Shown one piece after another: positions 1 through 11,933 of a stretch of DNA of 64,000 nucleotides. The notes under the pieces are model-generated. The model ran no database searches. It was not told where the DNA came from and saw only the letters and a list, made by a program, of their open reading frames with translations. The position numbers and the translations under genes were made by a program. Source of the DNA: Malacoraja senta (Eukaryota); contig JAXLNO010000680.1 in the NCBI GenBank assembly GCA_038087875.1, positions 124,001 to 188,000 of the forward strand, given 5' to 3'. Every line of letters starts with the position of its first letter. The stretch's first letter is position 1.

Positions 1-348
1 GTTTAGTTGAGTTTAGTTTAGAGATACAGCGCGGAAACAGGCCGCTTCGGTCCACCGAGTCCGCGCCGACCAGCGATCCCCGCACACTGACGCCATCGTA
101 CACACACACACTAGGGACATTTTTAATTATATTTACACCAAGCCAATTAGCCTACAATCCTCCACGTCTTTGGAGCGTGGGAGGAAACCGGAGATCCCTG
201 GAGAAAACCCACGCGGGTCACGGGGGGGGGGGGAGAAGGTACAAACTCCGTGCAGACAAGCACCCGTAGTCGGGATCGAACCCGGCTCCTCTGGCGCTGC
301 AAGCGCTGCAAGGCAGCAACTCTACCGCTGCGCCACCGTGACCGCCCC
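1..348 (-). mobile_element. tRNA-derived V-SINE (HE1-like), near full length
   Basis: Reverse strand reads GGGGCGGTCACGGTGGCGCAGCGGTAGAG (A-box-like), then CGGGTTCGATCCC (B box), a central domain, and a TAAAC-type repeat tail. About 25-30 further copies or fragments occur in the window. Confidence 0.85.
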
Positions 349-608
349 CAGTTCCCTGGCACTGATTTGTTCAGTACCTTCTTCAGTTTCTCCAGATGAC
401 TCAAGGAACTTGTTATTCAGTCAAGGATGAACAATGGTGGACAAACGAAGATTAAACTGGGGAAGATTTTAGAATTGGGAACTCCTGCCTTATAAGGGGT
501 TTGGATAGGAAAACATTCATGGTTCATGGCCTTGATAGATGTTGATACTCGGATAGTCGCAGCATCTTTCATAACCTCACGGCTTCTAAAGCACTTTACA
601 GCTAATGA

Positions 609-794
609 GCGAAGGAAATAGGCAACGTTTCGGGTCGAGACCCTTCTTCAGACCCTTCTGAAGAAGGGTCTCGACCCGAAACGTTGCCTATTTCCTTGAG
701 TCTGAAGAAGGGTCTCGACCCAAAACGTTGCCTATTTCCTTCGCTCCATAGATGCTGCTTCACCCGCTGAGTTTCTCCTGCATTTTTGTCTACC
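609..794. mobile_element. Penelope-derived mini-element with three hammerhead motifs (one inverted, two tandem)
   Basis: 13-bp TSD TTACAGCTAATGA at 596-608 and 795-807. Hammerhead motif on - at ~620-652, and on + at 658-688 and 702-733 (the last has GAAA changed to AAAA). Confidence 0.8.
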
Positions 795-947
795 TTACAG
801 CTAATGAAGTACTTTTGAAGTGTAGTGATACCCGCACTGCAAGAAAAGATAACACTTTCTTTGCACACAGCACTGTAGTAACTTTCTCATGACATTGTTC
901 GAGGGGAAAGAATTGGCCAGGAGAACAGGAAAAAACGTCCCAGTTTT

Positions 948-1200
948 AGGTTTAAGGTGAAGGGGAAAGGATTTAATCGGAATCTGAGGGGTAACTTTTC
1001 CACACAAAGGGTGGCGGATGTACGGAACAAACTGCCAGAGGAGGTAGTTGAGGCTGGAACTATCCCAACGTTTAAGAAACAGTTGGACAGGTACATGGAT
1101 AGGACAAGTTTGGAAGGATATGGACCAAGGGCAGGCAGGTGGGACTAGTGTAGGCGTGTAGGCCAGTTGGGTCAAAGGGCCTGTTTCCTCACTGTATGCA
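948..1200 (+). mobile_element. CR1/HER1 LINE 3' end
   Basis: Translates as KGKGFNRNLRGNFSTQRV...FKKQLDRYMD (CR1 ORF2 C-terminus), followed by a 3'UTR containing GGGCCTGTTTCC. Confidence 0.85.
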
Positions 1201-1616
1201 CTATGGCTCCAAGACTCAAGTTCAAAATGGGACATTTAATTGACCCAAAACAAGCAAACAGATCCTGGGCTGAAAGTCTTAGATGCAAAGATGTAATGTC
1301 CGACAGTGTAGGAATGTGCGGCCTGTAGTACACTCAGGTATTTGGTGTTGGGTTCAACTACTCGTGAGTTGGAGGCGAGACTATTGGGAAGCATGGGAAA
1401 GCAAACCAGGCTGTTGTTGTGCATTAATGTTTGAGTAGCGTGCATTTGCGGGATGGGTAGTAAGGTCGCCCACAGCCCAGGCGCAGTTGGTGTCTTCAGG
1501 AGATGTCTGAAACATGGGAGGAAGAGGAAAGCTGGTTGACAAAGGAGGCAGTTCCAACGAAGCACCATCCTGCATTGCTTAGCCGCGAATCAGTGGCCCC
1601 ATCTCATGGAAACAAC

Positions 1617-2020
1617 CAAAGATCCTATAGCGAGCAAGATAGCCCACTCGACCAAAAAGACGTAGTACGGTCATGGGCAGATTGATGGGTAATTTTCGGC
1701 CCCATTTCCGTAACCGGCTTCCGTCTCTGCACCAAAGATCCCATAGCGGAGCAAAGATAACTAGTGCGGAGACGGAAGCCGGTTACGGAAACATCCTCGT
1801 AAAAATAAAAGTTCTTTGGTAAAAAATCTTCTCCTCATTTTCAGAGTTATAATTTATTAACACAAACTGTTCCCCCGCAACGTTGATGACACTGCGGGTC
1901 GGGTCGGGTTACTGAAATGGATGAAAAACACAAGGCCCACGTTCCGTTCCGTTGCGTACTACACGTCAGCCCATTGCATTTAGCAGGAGTGGTCTATCTT
2001 GCTCCGCTATAGGATCTTTA
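1617..2020. mobile_element. Non-autonomous hAT-type DNA transposon (MITE)
   Basis: TIRs CAAAGATCCTATAGCG-AGCAAGATAG and CTATCTTGCTCCGCTATAGGATCTTTA. 8-bp TSD GAAACAAC (1609-1616) and GAAACCAC (2021-2028). Confidence 0.8.
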
Positions 2021-4518
2021 GAAACCACCACTCAGTTTGGGCTGCAGATCAGCAGGTCATAGAAGCAAGGGCGTGCCGGGGAAGTGATGCCAAGAGCAGC
2101 CATTTTGCTGCAATCTCCTAACAAATTGGAGCGACGTTCCCGAGGGAATTCTTGCCTGTTTCCCCCCCGTCTCTGTTGACGTGACACGTTGGCGTAAAGG
2201 TTACCATTGGCTGCTGGTCGCTGAAAATGTATTTAACCCACTTAATATTTATTATTACTATTATTATTATTCTTCTTATTATTATTAATTTTCCTCTCAA
2301 TCTTAAGCCATTTACCCCCCCTCTCCTCGACTAGAGGTGGTTCACTGTAGGATATCACAACAATTTCAATCCTGCACAATCCTATCTTGGGGAATGTGGG
2401 ACGGGGAGGGGAGGGGAGGTTCTCCGCAGCAACAGAGTTGTCCGCGGAGTTGTAGGGTCAGTCAGTCGCAATGTTTAGTTCGTTCTGTGAGCATTGCTGG
2501 TGGCTGTTATTTTTTTTGTTCTTTTAGAATTTAAATGAAGGAAGGAAAGGAACACAAAAAAATATATATATCTAAATCGAGGAAAAATTCGGATTCGGGG
2601 GAAAATGAAATAAAAAGCTGACACGGGGATTAATTTTTTTTTTCTCAAAAAGGGAATGAATTCACTGGCTGCTCCTGCCAGAGATGGGATGGTGTGAGAA
2701 TGACTGGCTTGTGGGACTGGAATAGTTGATCAGATAACTAACGTTTGCCGGGACTTCAGTCGAGAACATATTTTTATCTCTTCCACGCTATTCCTAAAAA
2801 TAAATCTTCATAGAGCAGATTTTAAAAGGGCCATCATCGTCACTGGGGAATCTTTGCTTGCAAACCAGCTGTTATTGGAAGGCACAATTTCTTTAAGGGT
2901 TGGGAATGACTCATTTTTTTTAGAAGATTTCGGGAGAGTGGTTTAGTTTTAATTTAGTTTGGAGATGCAGAGATCTGTGTTTAACCTATTTTTAGTTTAG
3001 TTTAGCTTAGTTTGGAGATACAGCGCGGAAACAGGCCCTTCAGCCCACCGAGTCCGCACCGACCAGCGATCCCCGCACACTATCCTACACACACTAGGGA
3101 CAATTTACAATTATACCAAGCCAATTAACCTGCAAACTTGAACGTGTGGCAGCCTCAAGCCTATCCCACTTTCAGTTAGGTGACCGTTGATCCATATCTC
3201 AAGCCAATTCAGCCATCTTCATCACGTCGTTGACAAACCTCTGTTGCATCTCACATGTTCTCATTAGTCTTGCTCCATTGAAAATAGCCCCGTCTCGGAA
3301 GGAAATAGATGACGGCCACCATTGAGGCGCTTCCCGCCTTGTCCCTGGGGTTTGAGCGGACTTTTCGCCAGGGCCGGTTTCCCCCGCATCTCCCACCAAA
3401 GCGATCTTCTCAACATCTGCAATGCAAAGGTTGACTCCATTCTCCCACACAATACTTCCACGTCAAAGCAACCTGGTGCTACGCATGTGGGAAAGAACAG
3501 CAGATGCCCGTTTAAATCGAAGGTAGACACAAAGTGCTGGAGTACCTCAGCGGGACAGGCAGCGTCTCTGGAGAGAAGGAATGGGTGACGTTTTGGGTCG
3601 AGACCCTTCTTCAGACTCTGGGTTGCATGGTTGCCGGAAGGGCTTCTAGCTTGTACCACCCCACTGCCAGACCGTCACGCTCACCAGTTGAGTTAACGTC
3701 TTCTCTTCGTCAATGTGGAAGCTGCACTCGCACTGCATCAACCAACACTCCTCCCCGTCCCACCCTTCCCATTGTCCCATCCCCTGCATTCATCCCGCCA
3801 GTCTGCATTCCAATTTTCATCGCCATTCCCCTCCAGAGGAACATCTCTGATGTTCTGTAGCCTGTTTCCTGTATCATCGTAACTTTTTGGCATATCTTTC
3901 TTTCATTGTTCTTTACCTCTCCACATCACCGTCTATATCTCCCGTTTCCCTTATCCCTGACCAGTCTGAAGAAGGGTCTCGACCCAAAACGTCACCCATC
4001 CCTTCTCTCCGGAGATGCTGCCTGTCCCGCTGGGTTACTCCAGCTTTTGGTGTCTATCTTCGATTTAAACCAGTATCTGCAGCTCGTTCCTGCACATCTC
4101 TGATGGACAACTTTGCTCGTCCTCCCCAATCCTTTCCACTCGTCACTTTAATTTCATGTTTCATGTATCTTGTGTTTTCACGACTGTTGGCAGATCAATT
4201 TCCCTCCTGGGATAAATGAAGTTCTATCGTATCACAAACCTGAATCCAACCCCTCTCCACGATGTCCATCCACCAGCCCTTTCCAAACGGTAGATCCGAA
4301 ATGCACCAAGTGACCTCTTCCACCAAGTGACCGTGGGGCCACTGGCACCTCCAGACCACAGTGTGAGCAAAGGCATATTTGCAATCCCAAACCAGTCCAT
4401 GACATCCTTCTGATGTGCTCTTCCAGTGCAACAGTCCTCTATTGAAAGTTTATTCATCATAGTTTTGAGGTTTACTCTGGCCATGGATCGACGAGAATTG
4501 CAGATTTCCAATCCCAGC

Positions 4519-4552
4519 AGTCTGAAGAAGGGTCTCGACCCGAAACGTCACC
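4519..4552 (+). ncRNA. Minimal type-I hammerhead ribozyme motif (Penelope-associated)
   Basis: AGT-CTGAAGA-A-GGGT-CTCG-ACCC-GAAAC-GTC-ACC, with an intact core and a GUC cleavage triplet. Confidence 0.7.
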
Positions 4553-4779
4553 CATTCCTTCTCGCCAGAGATGCTGCCTGTCCCGCTGGGTTACTCCAGC
4601 GCTTTGTGTCCATTTCCAATTGCTCTCTGTGCGGCAGTAGTTTCAGACTTCATTTGTTACTGCCTCGCTCTGATTTTGAGTCCTGTATTCCTAGACCCCC
4701 CTGCATCTGACAAACCATACCTTACTTTGTAACCTGTGGTCTTCTTTAATCGCCCAATTCAAAACCTGCGTTTACAATT

Positions 4780-5315
4780 CATATCTCTCATATTTCGCTT
4801 GGGCAGCTCACAACCCTAGGTACGAATATTGATTTCTCTAACTTCAAGTAACCCCAGCATCCCCTCTCTCTCCATCCCTCCCCCACCCAAGTCGTATCAG
4901 CTTCAAAGTCGTCTTGTTGAGTCTCATTGTCTGGAACTCGTTTTCACCTAGCCCACAGCTGACAACGGTCTGTTTCCTGTATCATCATTACTTTTTTGCA
5001 TGTATTTCATTCATTTGTTCCACATCTCTCTACATCACCGTCTGTATCTCTCGTTTCCCCCTCCCCCGACTCATAGACATAATATTCTTCTGATGTGCTC
5101 TTCCAGTGTAACAGTTCTCTATTGAAAGTTTATTCATCATAGTTTTGAGGTTTACTCTGGCCATGGATCGACGAGAATTGCAGATTTCCCATCCCAGCAG
5201 TCGGAAGAAGGGTCTCGACCCGAAACGTCACCCATTCCTTCTCTCCAGAGATGCTGCCTGTCCCAGCCGAGTTACTCCAGCATTTTGTGTCTATCTTCGG
5301 TTTGAACCAGCGTCC
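4780..5315 (+). mobile_element. Penelope-like element 3' fragment (end of GIY-YIG ORF, 3'UTR, decayed hammerhead)
   Basis: CTCATATTTCGCTTGGGCAGC...TCTAACTTCAAGTAA matches the LIFRLGS...SNFK* ending seen in other copies. Confidence 0.7.
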
Positions 5316-7639
5316 TGCACTCCACAGTTGAACTCCTTTGAGCTCCCCATATAATTTAACAACTTTAGACCAAGCCAGTTTGGTGGCGTTTCAAGAAATG
5401 CTGGAAAGCGGTTAGGTTGGGTGGGAGGAAGCTCTACCAGTCCATTTTATGGACATGACAGCTATCCAAGGAGCCAACTCCCACATATGTTCCATTTCCT
5501 TGGTCACACACTTGCGTCAACCTTGGGCATGCATTACTGCCCCTCTACAGAAAACTTCAAAGCAAGAATGGACCATTCAGCCCTCATGCCTAATCTGCAT
5601 TAGATTAAGTGTCATCCACTCCGCATCTCAAGCCAATTTAGCTACCTTCATTGCGTTGTTTACAAATTCATCTTAGTTTGGAGATACAGCGCAGAAACAA
5701 GGTCTGTCAGCCCACGACAACCAGCGATCCCCGCACACTAACATTACCCTCTAGGTAAAGTCTGGTTAAACATAGCTCGAGGGTCTCTGAATGGGTTAGA
5801 TGTGAGGTCGGGACTGCTCTCTAGTTGGTGAGCGGAGGGTTCCGTTTAGTTAAGTTTAGTTTAGAGATACAGCGCAGAAACAGGCCCTTCGGCCCACCCC
5901 GACCACCGATCCCCGCACACTAACACTACCCTACACGCACGAGGGACAATTTCACATTTACACCAAGCCAATTAACCTATCCAGAGATGCTGCCTGTCCC
6001 GCTGAGTTACTCCAGCGTTTTGTGTCTATATTTGGTGTAACCCAGCACCTGCAGTTCCTTCCTACACAAAGCTCACTAGAGAGCCGATATTCCCCTAAGA
6101 TTCAAACATCTAATAGGAGCTGCTGTCCCCTGATTGATCTGAGAACTATTGGCAATCGCTCTCTAACCCGAAAATCTGGTAAAAAAAAAAATCAATTAGG
6201 CCCCTAGTAATCCACGAATCTGGTGAAAATAGTCGACGTCTGATTGACCTGAAAAATCAAATACCATCTGAAGAAGGGTCTCGGCCCGAAAGGTCACCCA
6301 TTCCTTCGCTCCAGAGATGCTGCCTGTCCCGCCGAGTTACTCCAGCATTTTCGGTGTAAACCAGCATCGATAGTTCCTTCTTTAAGAAGGAACTGCGGAT
6401 GCTGGAAAATCGAAGGTAGACAAAAATGTTGGTAGACAAAAATGCTGGAGAAACTCAGTGGGTGAGGCAGAATCTATGGAGTGAAGGAAATTCCAGCATC
6501 TGCTGTTCCTTCTCCTATTTCCTTCGCTCCATAGATGCTGCCTCGCCCGCTGAGTTTCTCCAGCATTTTTGTCTACCATCTATAGTTCCTTCCTGCACAC
6601 TTCCTTGCTAACTGACCTGTGAAAGATCAGTCACCAGTTATTCACGCAAGAATCCAGTGAGAAGTTAGCCCCAACTTGGCAGAGTATTATAACAGTCAAC
6701 CTCCACTTGATCCAAATCTCTGCCACTGATTCAGCCTTTGATTGTTCAGAGTCACACGGTTACACGGTGCAGAGTCACACAGTTACACGGTTGATCCTAA
6801 ATATAACATGTTTGGGCCTGTTAGCTGTGCAAGATTCATTAGCTTTCAGACAAAGGTAGACAAAAATGCTGGGGAAACTCAGCGGGTGAGGCAGCATCTA
6901 TGGAGCGAGGGAATAGGTGACGTTTCTGGTCGAGACCTTTCTTCAGACCCGACTCGAAACGTCACCTATTCTTTCGCTCCATAGATGCTGCCTCACCTGC
7001 TGAGTTTCTCCAGCATTTTTTTCTACCTATTTTTCCAGCATCTGCAGTTCCTTCTTAAACATTTAGCTTTACGTAAGTCTTTAAGTCAGATCTGCTTTGA
7101 CCATTTTTCCCGCAGCTTAGCATAGTACGGACAGATTCAATCCTAAAGGTTTTATCTCACATCCTTGAATCCCATCTTGCACGATGAGTCTATTTATGTC
7201 ACAATCTCCACTACATTTAAAATGAATAGCGTTCGAAGAATTTTAAGAAACCACGTTCCCTTTTAGTGTCGCTATGATTTTAATCCCAGATTTCTCACCA
7301 TCAACATTTACGAAACAGTTCGACAGGTACATGGCTAGGGACAGGTTTGGAGAGATATGGGCCAAACGCAGGCAGGTGGGACTAATGTAGCTGGGACATG
7401 TGGGCAAGTTGGGCCAAAGGGCCTGTTTCCACGCTGTATCACTCTAAGACTCCTGGCACAAGCTCCAGGGATATTTTAACGCTCATCACATTAGGGTCCG
7501 GGTTTTTGTGAAATAGGCACCAGGACTCCAAACATTCCTCGAGACGTAAGATAGACGCAGAGTGCTGGAGTAACTCAGCGGGACAGGCAGCATCTCTGGA
7601 GAGAAGGGATGGGATGTCTATAAACACATGCCCAAGACG

Positions 7640-10240
7640 TATCTGCAACATTTTCTGCTTTGCAAGCTGGGATGGTCACAGTGATGATGGTGTACCGACT
7701 CAAATCGACACACACCTTGGTCTTGGTGTCAGAGTGAGTGTGGAACAAGAAGCCCCTCTTTTCTCGGTTCATTTTCGTTTCTTCCTGACGTGCTGGCTTG
7801 GGGAACTGGCTAGTTGAGGGTTAGAACAAGCCCTCTGCCTTAAAAGGTCCTCGATATCCTCTCCCCTTCTCCATCCGCTTGTCAGCATCCTCCCATCCTC
7901 CCCGCTAATCCTTGAGCAGCGGAAAGTCCCACGTATCATTCCTGCTGGAACTCCGGAGATATTGAGGATATGATTGCTCAAAAGTTGGCTGCTCCGAATG
8001 TATCTATCTCCCCAGCCCCTTACCAAACACCTTATCACTTCCCTCTTCAGAGCACGGCACTGAGGTGCCTTGGCTAAGAGATACTGACTGCAAGTGACAA
8101 TCAAAGTCCCCCAACTCTGTTGGGCAAAGGGCAAAATGTGGTGCTAAGATGGAGGGGCCTTTCCTTAAGGCCGGGACTTAAATCAGTTGCTGGAAGAGCC
8201 CTCGCCTTTCCCTCAGCACGGATCTTTGTTCCTTGTTCCCTGGTGAAAGTATTGAGGTGCTGACTCGTACCAACGGGAATGTTGAGTCACACCAGATGGG
8301 GGGCATTTCCCTTTGAGGTGAATCCGCCAAGTTCTTTTATTCCATTTGACGTAAAGGATCTCTCATAGGTTGAGGAGACTAGGCCCACCCCAAGGGAACT
8401 GTCCTCTTTTTCCATTACGTCCTGGTGACTTTATGGTGCAATAAGAGGGGGCAGCTTGATTGAATGCTGGGGAAGCAATTCTATATTGAACTCTCCTTGG
8501 TGAAAGCCGACCCCCTCACGCACTCCAGTTCTGGTTTTTGACGCTCATTAGAGACCAGGGAACATCTCAGATTAACAAGATTCCCCAGGCTTGGTCCCGG
8601 AGTCTCCTGGAAGGGACTCAGATAAGCTCAGGCCAACACCCGAGAGAAATCGGACGAGCTCCAATCTTTGAAGCCAAGCTCTCAAGAATAGGTTGTCAGC
8701 CATTTTGGATGTCGGCCATTTTGTGGGCATTCACAGCTCGGGCAAAATTCTGGGCAGATTTAGGGTAAAACCTCGGGTACAATTAATGCAGGGAACTCCC
8801 CCCCCCCAAACTTCCCAGCTGGGAAGTGATGGGGTTTACTGGATTTACATTGGGGTGGATGGAAAATTAGCATTTTGTCCATCCAGGTGGGATTTCTTAC
8901 TAAACAAATCTAGGAAAAGTAGGTTGGATCAGACAAGGAGTCATGAAAGGGGCACGGGGAGTGTAGTTGGAAATCCACAATGCTTCTCGAGTGTGGATGC
9001 AGGGGGAGAATTGGACTGGACTGAGGAGGGGGGGGAGGGGCGTAAAACGGGGAAGAATCCCATTTACCGCAGGCTCACACGCTCTGCGTTGGATATTTAG
9101 CGCGTTTAGAAATAAGCAGACAGATGGGAAGTAAGATTTGCGTCCAATTGCATGCCCCCTTGCCCGTCACCCCCTTAACGGTAAAGATGTTTTGAAATAT
9201 TCTGGCATTCGTAACGCCCCCCCCCCCCCCCCCCCAGTACGGTGCTCGACAGGGGGGAGTTGAGGCTCTTTGGGGAGGGGGAAGGAAGGAGGGGCAGGGG
9301 ATTTGATAGCCCAGTCCATCCACCCTGCACACCAGGCCCGAGAACAGACCCCTGCGTCAGGCCCTGTCTGTTGATAACCAGTTTGGCTTTTGAACCCGAG
9401 TGGGGAAGAGGAGGAGGAGGAGGAGGAGGGGGGGTGGTGGGGTTCGAGGGAGAGGAGGGGGGTCGGGGGGGGAAAGGGGGGGTGATATGTTCTCCACACG
9501 ACCTATTCACGCTCCCCCCCTCTTTCGATCCCTAGCTTTCAGAGATGGGGCGCAGAGGCGGAAGGACAGCACGGAATCCTAGCTGCTTTCTCCCGTTGAC
9601 ATACGAGGCATTTCGATAGCCATAGACACACAAACAAACCAAACTCAAAACTCTAAAAATCGAAAGAGAGAGAGAGAGAGAGAGAGAGAATAACTTCAAA
9701 AATTGACGCAGTTCTGAGTTGACAATCAATGCCATACATATAAATAACGTTTAAATTTAAAAAAAAAAAAAACAACAGGCATGGCTAAACATAATTTGAC
9801 GTTTGTATTCTGTGAGTTTAATCTTTGTTGCTATAGTAACCACTGCCAGAATAATGTTGGAGGAAGTGACTGTATCAGTTTAAGTTGTTTGTGTATATAT
9901 TTAACAAAGAGAAGTCTAAAGCGTTACATTTGCCAGGTCTTTGGTTTAACCCTTTTAAATGCCGACTTTGTAATTAATCCCCGTTCCTCACCCCATAAGA
10001 TCAAAATATTTATACGTATATAAATGTGTATATATGTTGAATTTTTCTCTCCCCACACCTGTAATTAAGAGATTGTTGTTTGTATTGTAAATAACAACGA
10101 TATGTACTGTACATACTTTATCATATATTCCCGTTGGCCATGACACCAGGGATGCTATCTGATGCTTCTATTGTTGTGTTGTATGAGGGTGTGGTGACAG
10201 AATTACCTTTAATAAAGCAAAAAGTTAACCTTTTACCTTC
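7640..10240 (+). other. Putative distal 3'UTR / terminal exon of an unidentified upstream gene
   Basis: About 2.6 kb with no recognisable TE. The AT-rich end has four UGUAHAUA motifs, AATAAA at 10211-10216 and a U/GU-rich tract downstream. Confidence 0.55.
10211..10216 (+). terminator. Candidate polyadenylation signal AATAAA
   Basis: Upstream TGTA motifs, and downstream TTTTACCTTCTCTGTCTTCCAGTTGTGGTCTTTCT. TE density resumes right after it. Confidence 0.55.
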
Positions 10241-11003
10241 TCTGTCTTCCAGTTGTGGTCTTTCTAGCTGTAACTCACTCCCAGGCGTCCATTTTACTGC
10301 GCCACAAGGTCAAAAGGTCATAAGGTCACAAGGTCATAAGCGATAGCAGCGGAATTAGGCCATCGAGCCTAACCCGCCATTCAATCATGGCTGATCTATC
10401 TCCTGCCTCCCAACCCCATTCTCCCCATAACCCCCTGGCGCCCACACCCCGTCCACGCAATCTCACCACCCCCCCCCCCCACCCAAATTAGATTTCCGTC
10501 TTTAATTCACTCCTGTGTATTCAATATTCACGCACAAGTCACCTGAAACCCCCTGGTTAAGATTGCAACCTAAGGCATTCCTTGGTATAAGTTCATAAGT
10601 GATAGGAGCAGAATTAGGCCATTCGGCCTATCGAGTCTACTCTGACATTCAATCACGGCTGATCTATCTCTCCCTCCCGAACCCCATTCTCCTGCCTTCT
10701 CCCCGTAACCCCTGATACCTGACTATTGGTATCCAATGGTCTCTATTGCAAACCCACCCAAACCTCCACCTCTACCTCAAGTCAAGTCAAGTCAAGTGAG
10801 TTTATTGTCATGTGTCCCTGGTAGGACAATGAAATTCTTGCTTTGCTTGAGCACAACAGAACATAGTAGGCATTTACTACCTCCAAATGTACCTGCCTGT
10901 AACTCATTCCTGAGTATCCTTATTATGTATACAAACAATGAAGCCATCAACGAATTCCACCCTTAACTCTCTCCATAAAAAAAAAACCAAATCCCTAGAT
11001 TAG

Positions 11004-11307
11004 TGGGGCGGCACGGTGTCGCAGCGGTAGAGTTGCTGTCTCACGGCGCCAGAGACCCGGGTTCCATCCTGACCAAGGGTGCCTGTCTGCACGGAGTTTG
11101 TACGTTCTCCCCGTGACCTGCGCGGGTTTTCTCCGGTTCACCGGTTTTCTCCCGCACTCCGAAGACGTGCAGGTTTGTAGGTTAATTGGCCGGGTTTGAC
11201 TGTAAATTGTCGCCGGTGTGTGTAGGATAGTGTCAGCGTGCGGGGATCGCTGGTCGGCGCGGACTCGGTGGAGATTCCGTGCTGTATCTCCAAACTACAC
11301 TAAACTA
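11004..11307 (+). mobile_element. V-SINE (HE1-like), near full length
   Basis: GGGGCGGCACGGTG...CCCGGGTTCCATCC...GTATCTCCAAACTACACTAAAC. Confidence 0.85.
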
Positions 11308-11933
11308 CATTAGACTGTAGCGTACAATTTATAAGATGTAGCACACCTTCAAGGATCCAAGAATAAACACAGTGAGCATCACAATTTAAAATGTCATCCA
11401 TACTTCCTTCAATTTTTCTCATTATTCTAGCAATGTAAATTATCTATAATGCATCAATTATTCTTTATAGGCCAAGAAGATGCCTTTTTAGATTCACCAG
11501 GGGATTGTTCATAGAAACATAGAAAAAATAGGTGTAGGAGTAGGCCATTCGGCCCATCAAGCCATTTAAATATGATCATAGCTGATCATCCACAATCAGT
11601 ACCCCGTTCCTGCTTTCTCCCCATATCCCTTGATTCCGTTAGCCCTAAGAGCTAAATCTAACTCTCTCTTGAAAACATCCAGTATTTGTAACTTCTTGCT
11701 TTCATGTCCATTTAAATGCATAGTCAGCAACATTCTATTGATTTGATGTTTCAATTATGAAGTGATCTCGCGTCAACAGCTTTTCCTTATGTGAAAGGTC
11801 CCTACTTTGTGTTTCTTAGTTTCTTCCCCATTAGAAATGGCTCTGATTTTATAATCTTGCCTCCTTGTTCTCAGTCAATGAGAAATATAGTTTCTCCTGA
11901 TCTATTCCTATCAAACGTCATGAAATCCTAAAT

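Larger units (their letters stand above)
575..1380 (-). mobile_element. Ancient DeuSINE (SacSINE1/AmnSINE1-like) relic fragmented by younger insertions
   Basis: AAAGCACTTTACAGCTAATGAAGTACTTTTGAAGTGTAGT...GAGGGGAAAGAATTGGCCAGGA and TCCGACAGTG resemble the DeuSINE consensus as I recall it. It is split by a Penelope mini-element (609-794) and a CR1 3' end (~948-1200). Confidence 0.55.

Noticed and set aside
7716..7772. Possible first coding exon on - (MNREKRGFLFHTHSDTKTK|gtgtgt)
   Set aside because: The donor site is weak, I recognise no protein, and there is no matching downstream exon. The block is better explained as a + strand UTR.
7769..9730. Possible endogenous retrovirus or viral insert in the unique block
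   Set aside because: I found no gag/pol/env or viral motifs, paired LTRs, PBS or long ORF.
11004..11075. tRNA-like A/B boxes at SINE heads
   Set aside because: They are tRNA-derived SINE promoters that continue into SINE bodies, not tRNA genes.
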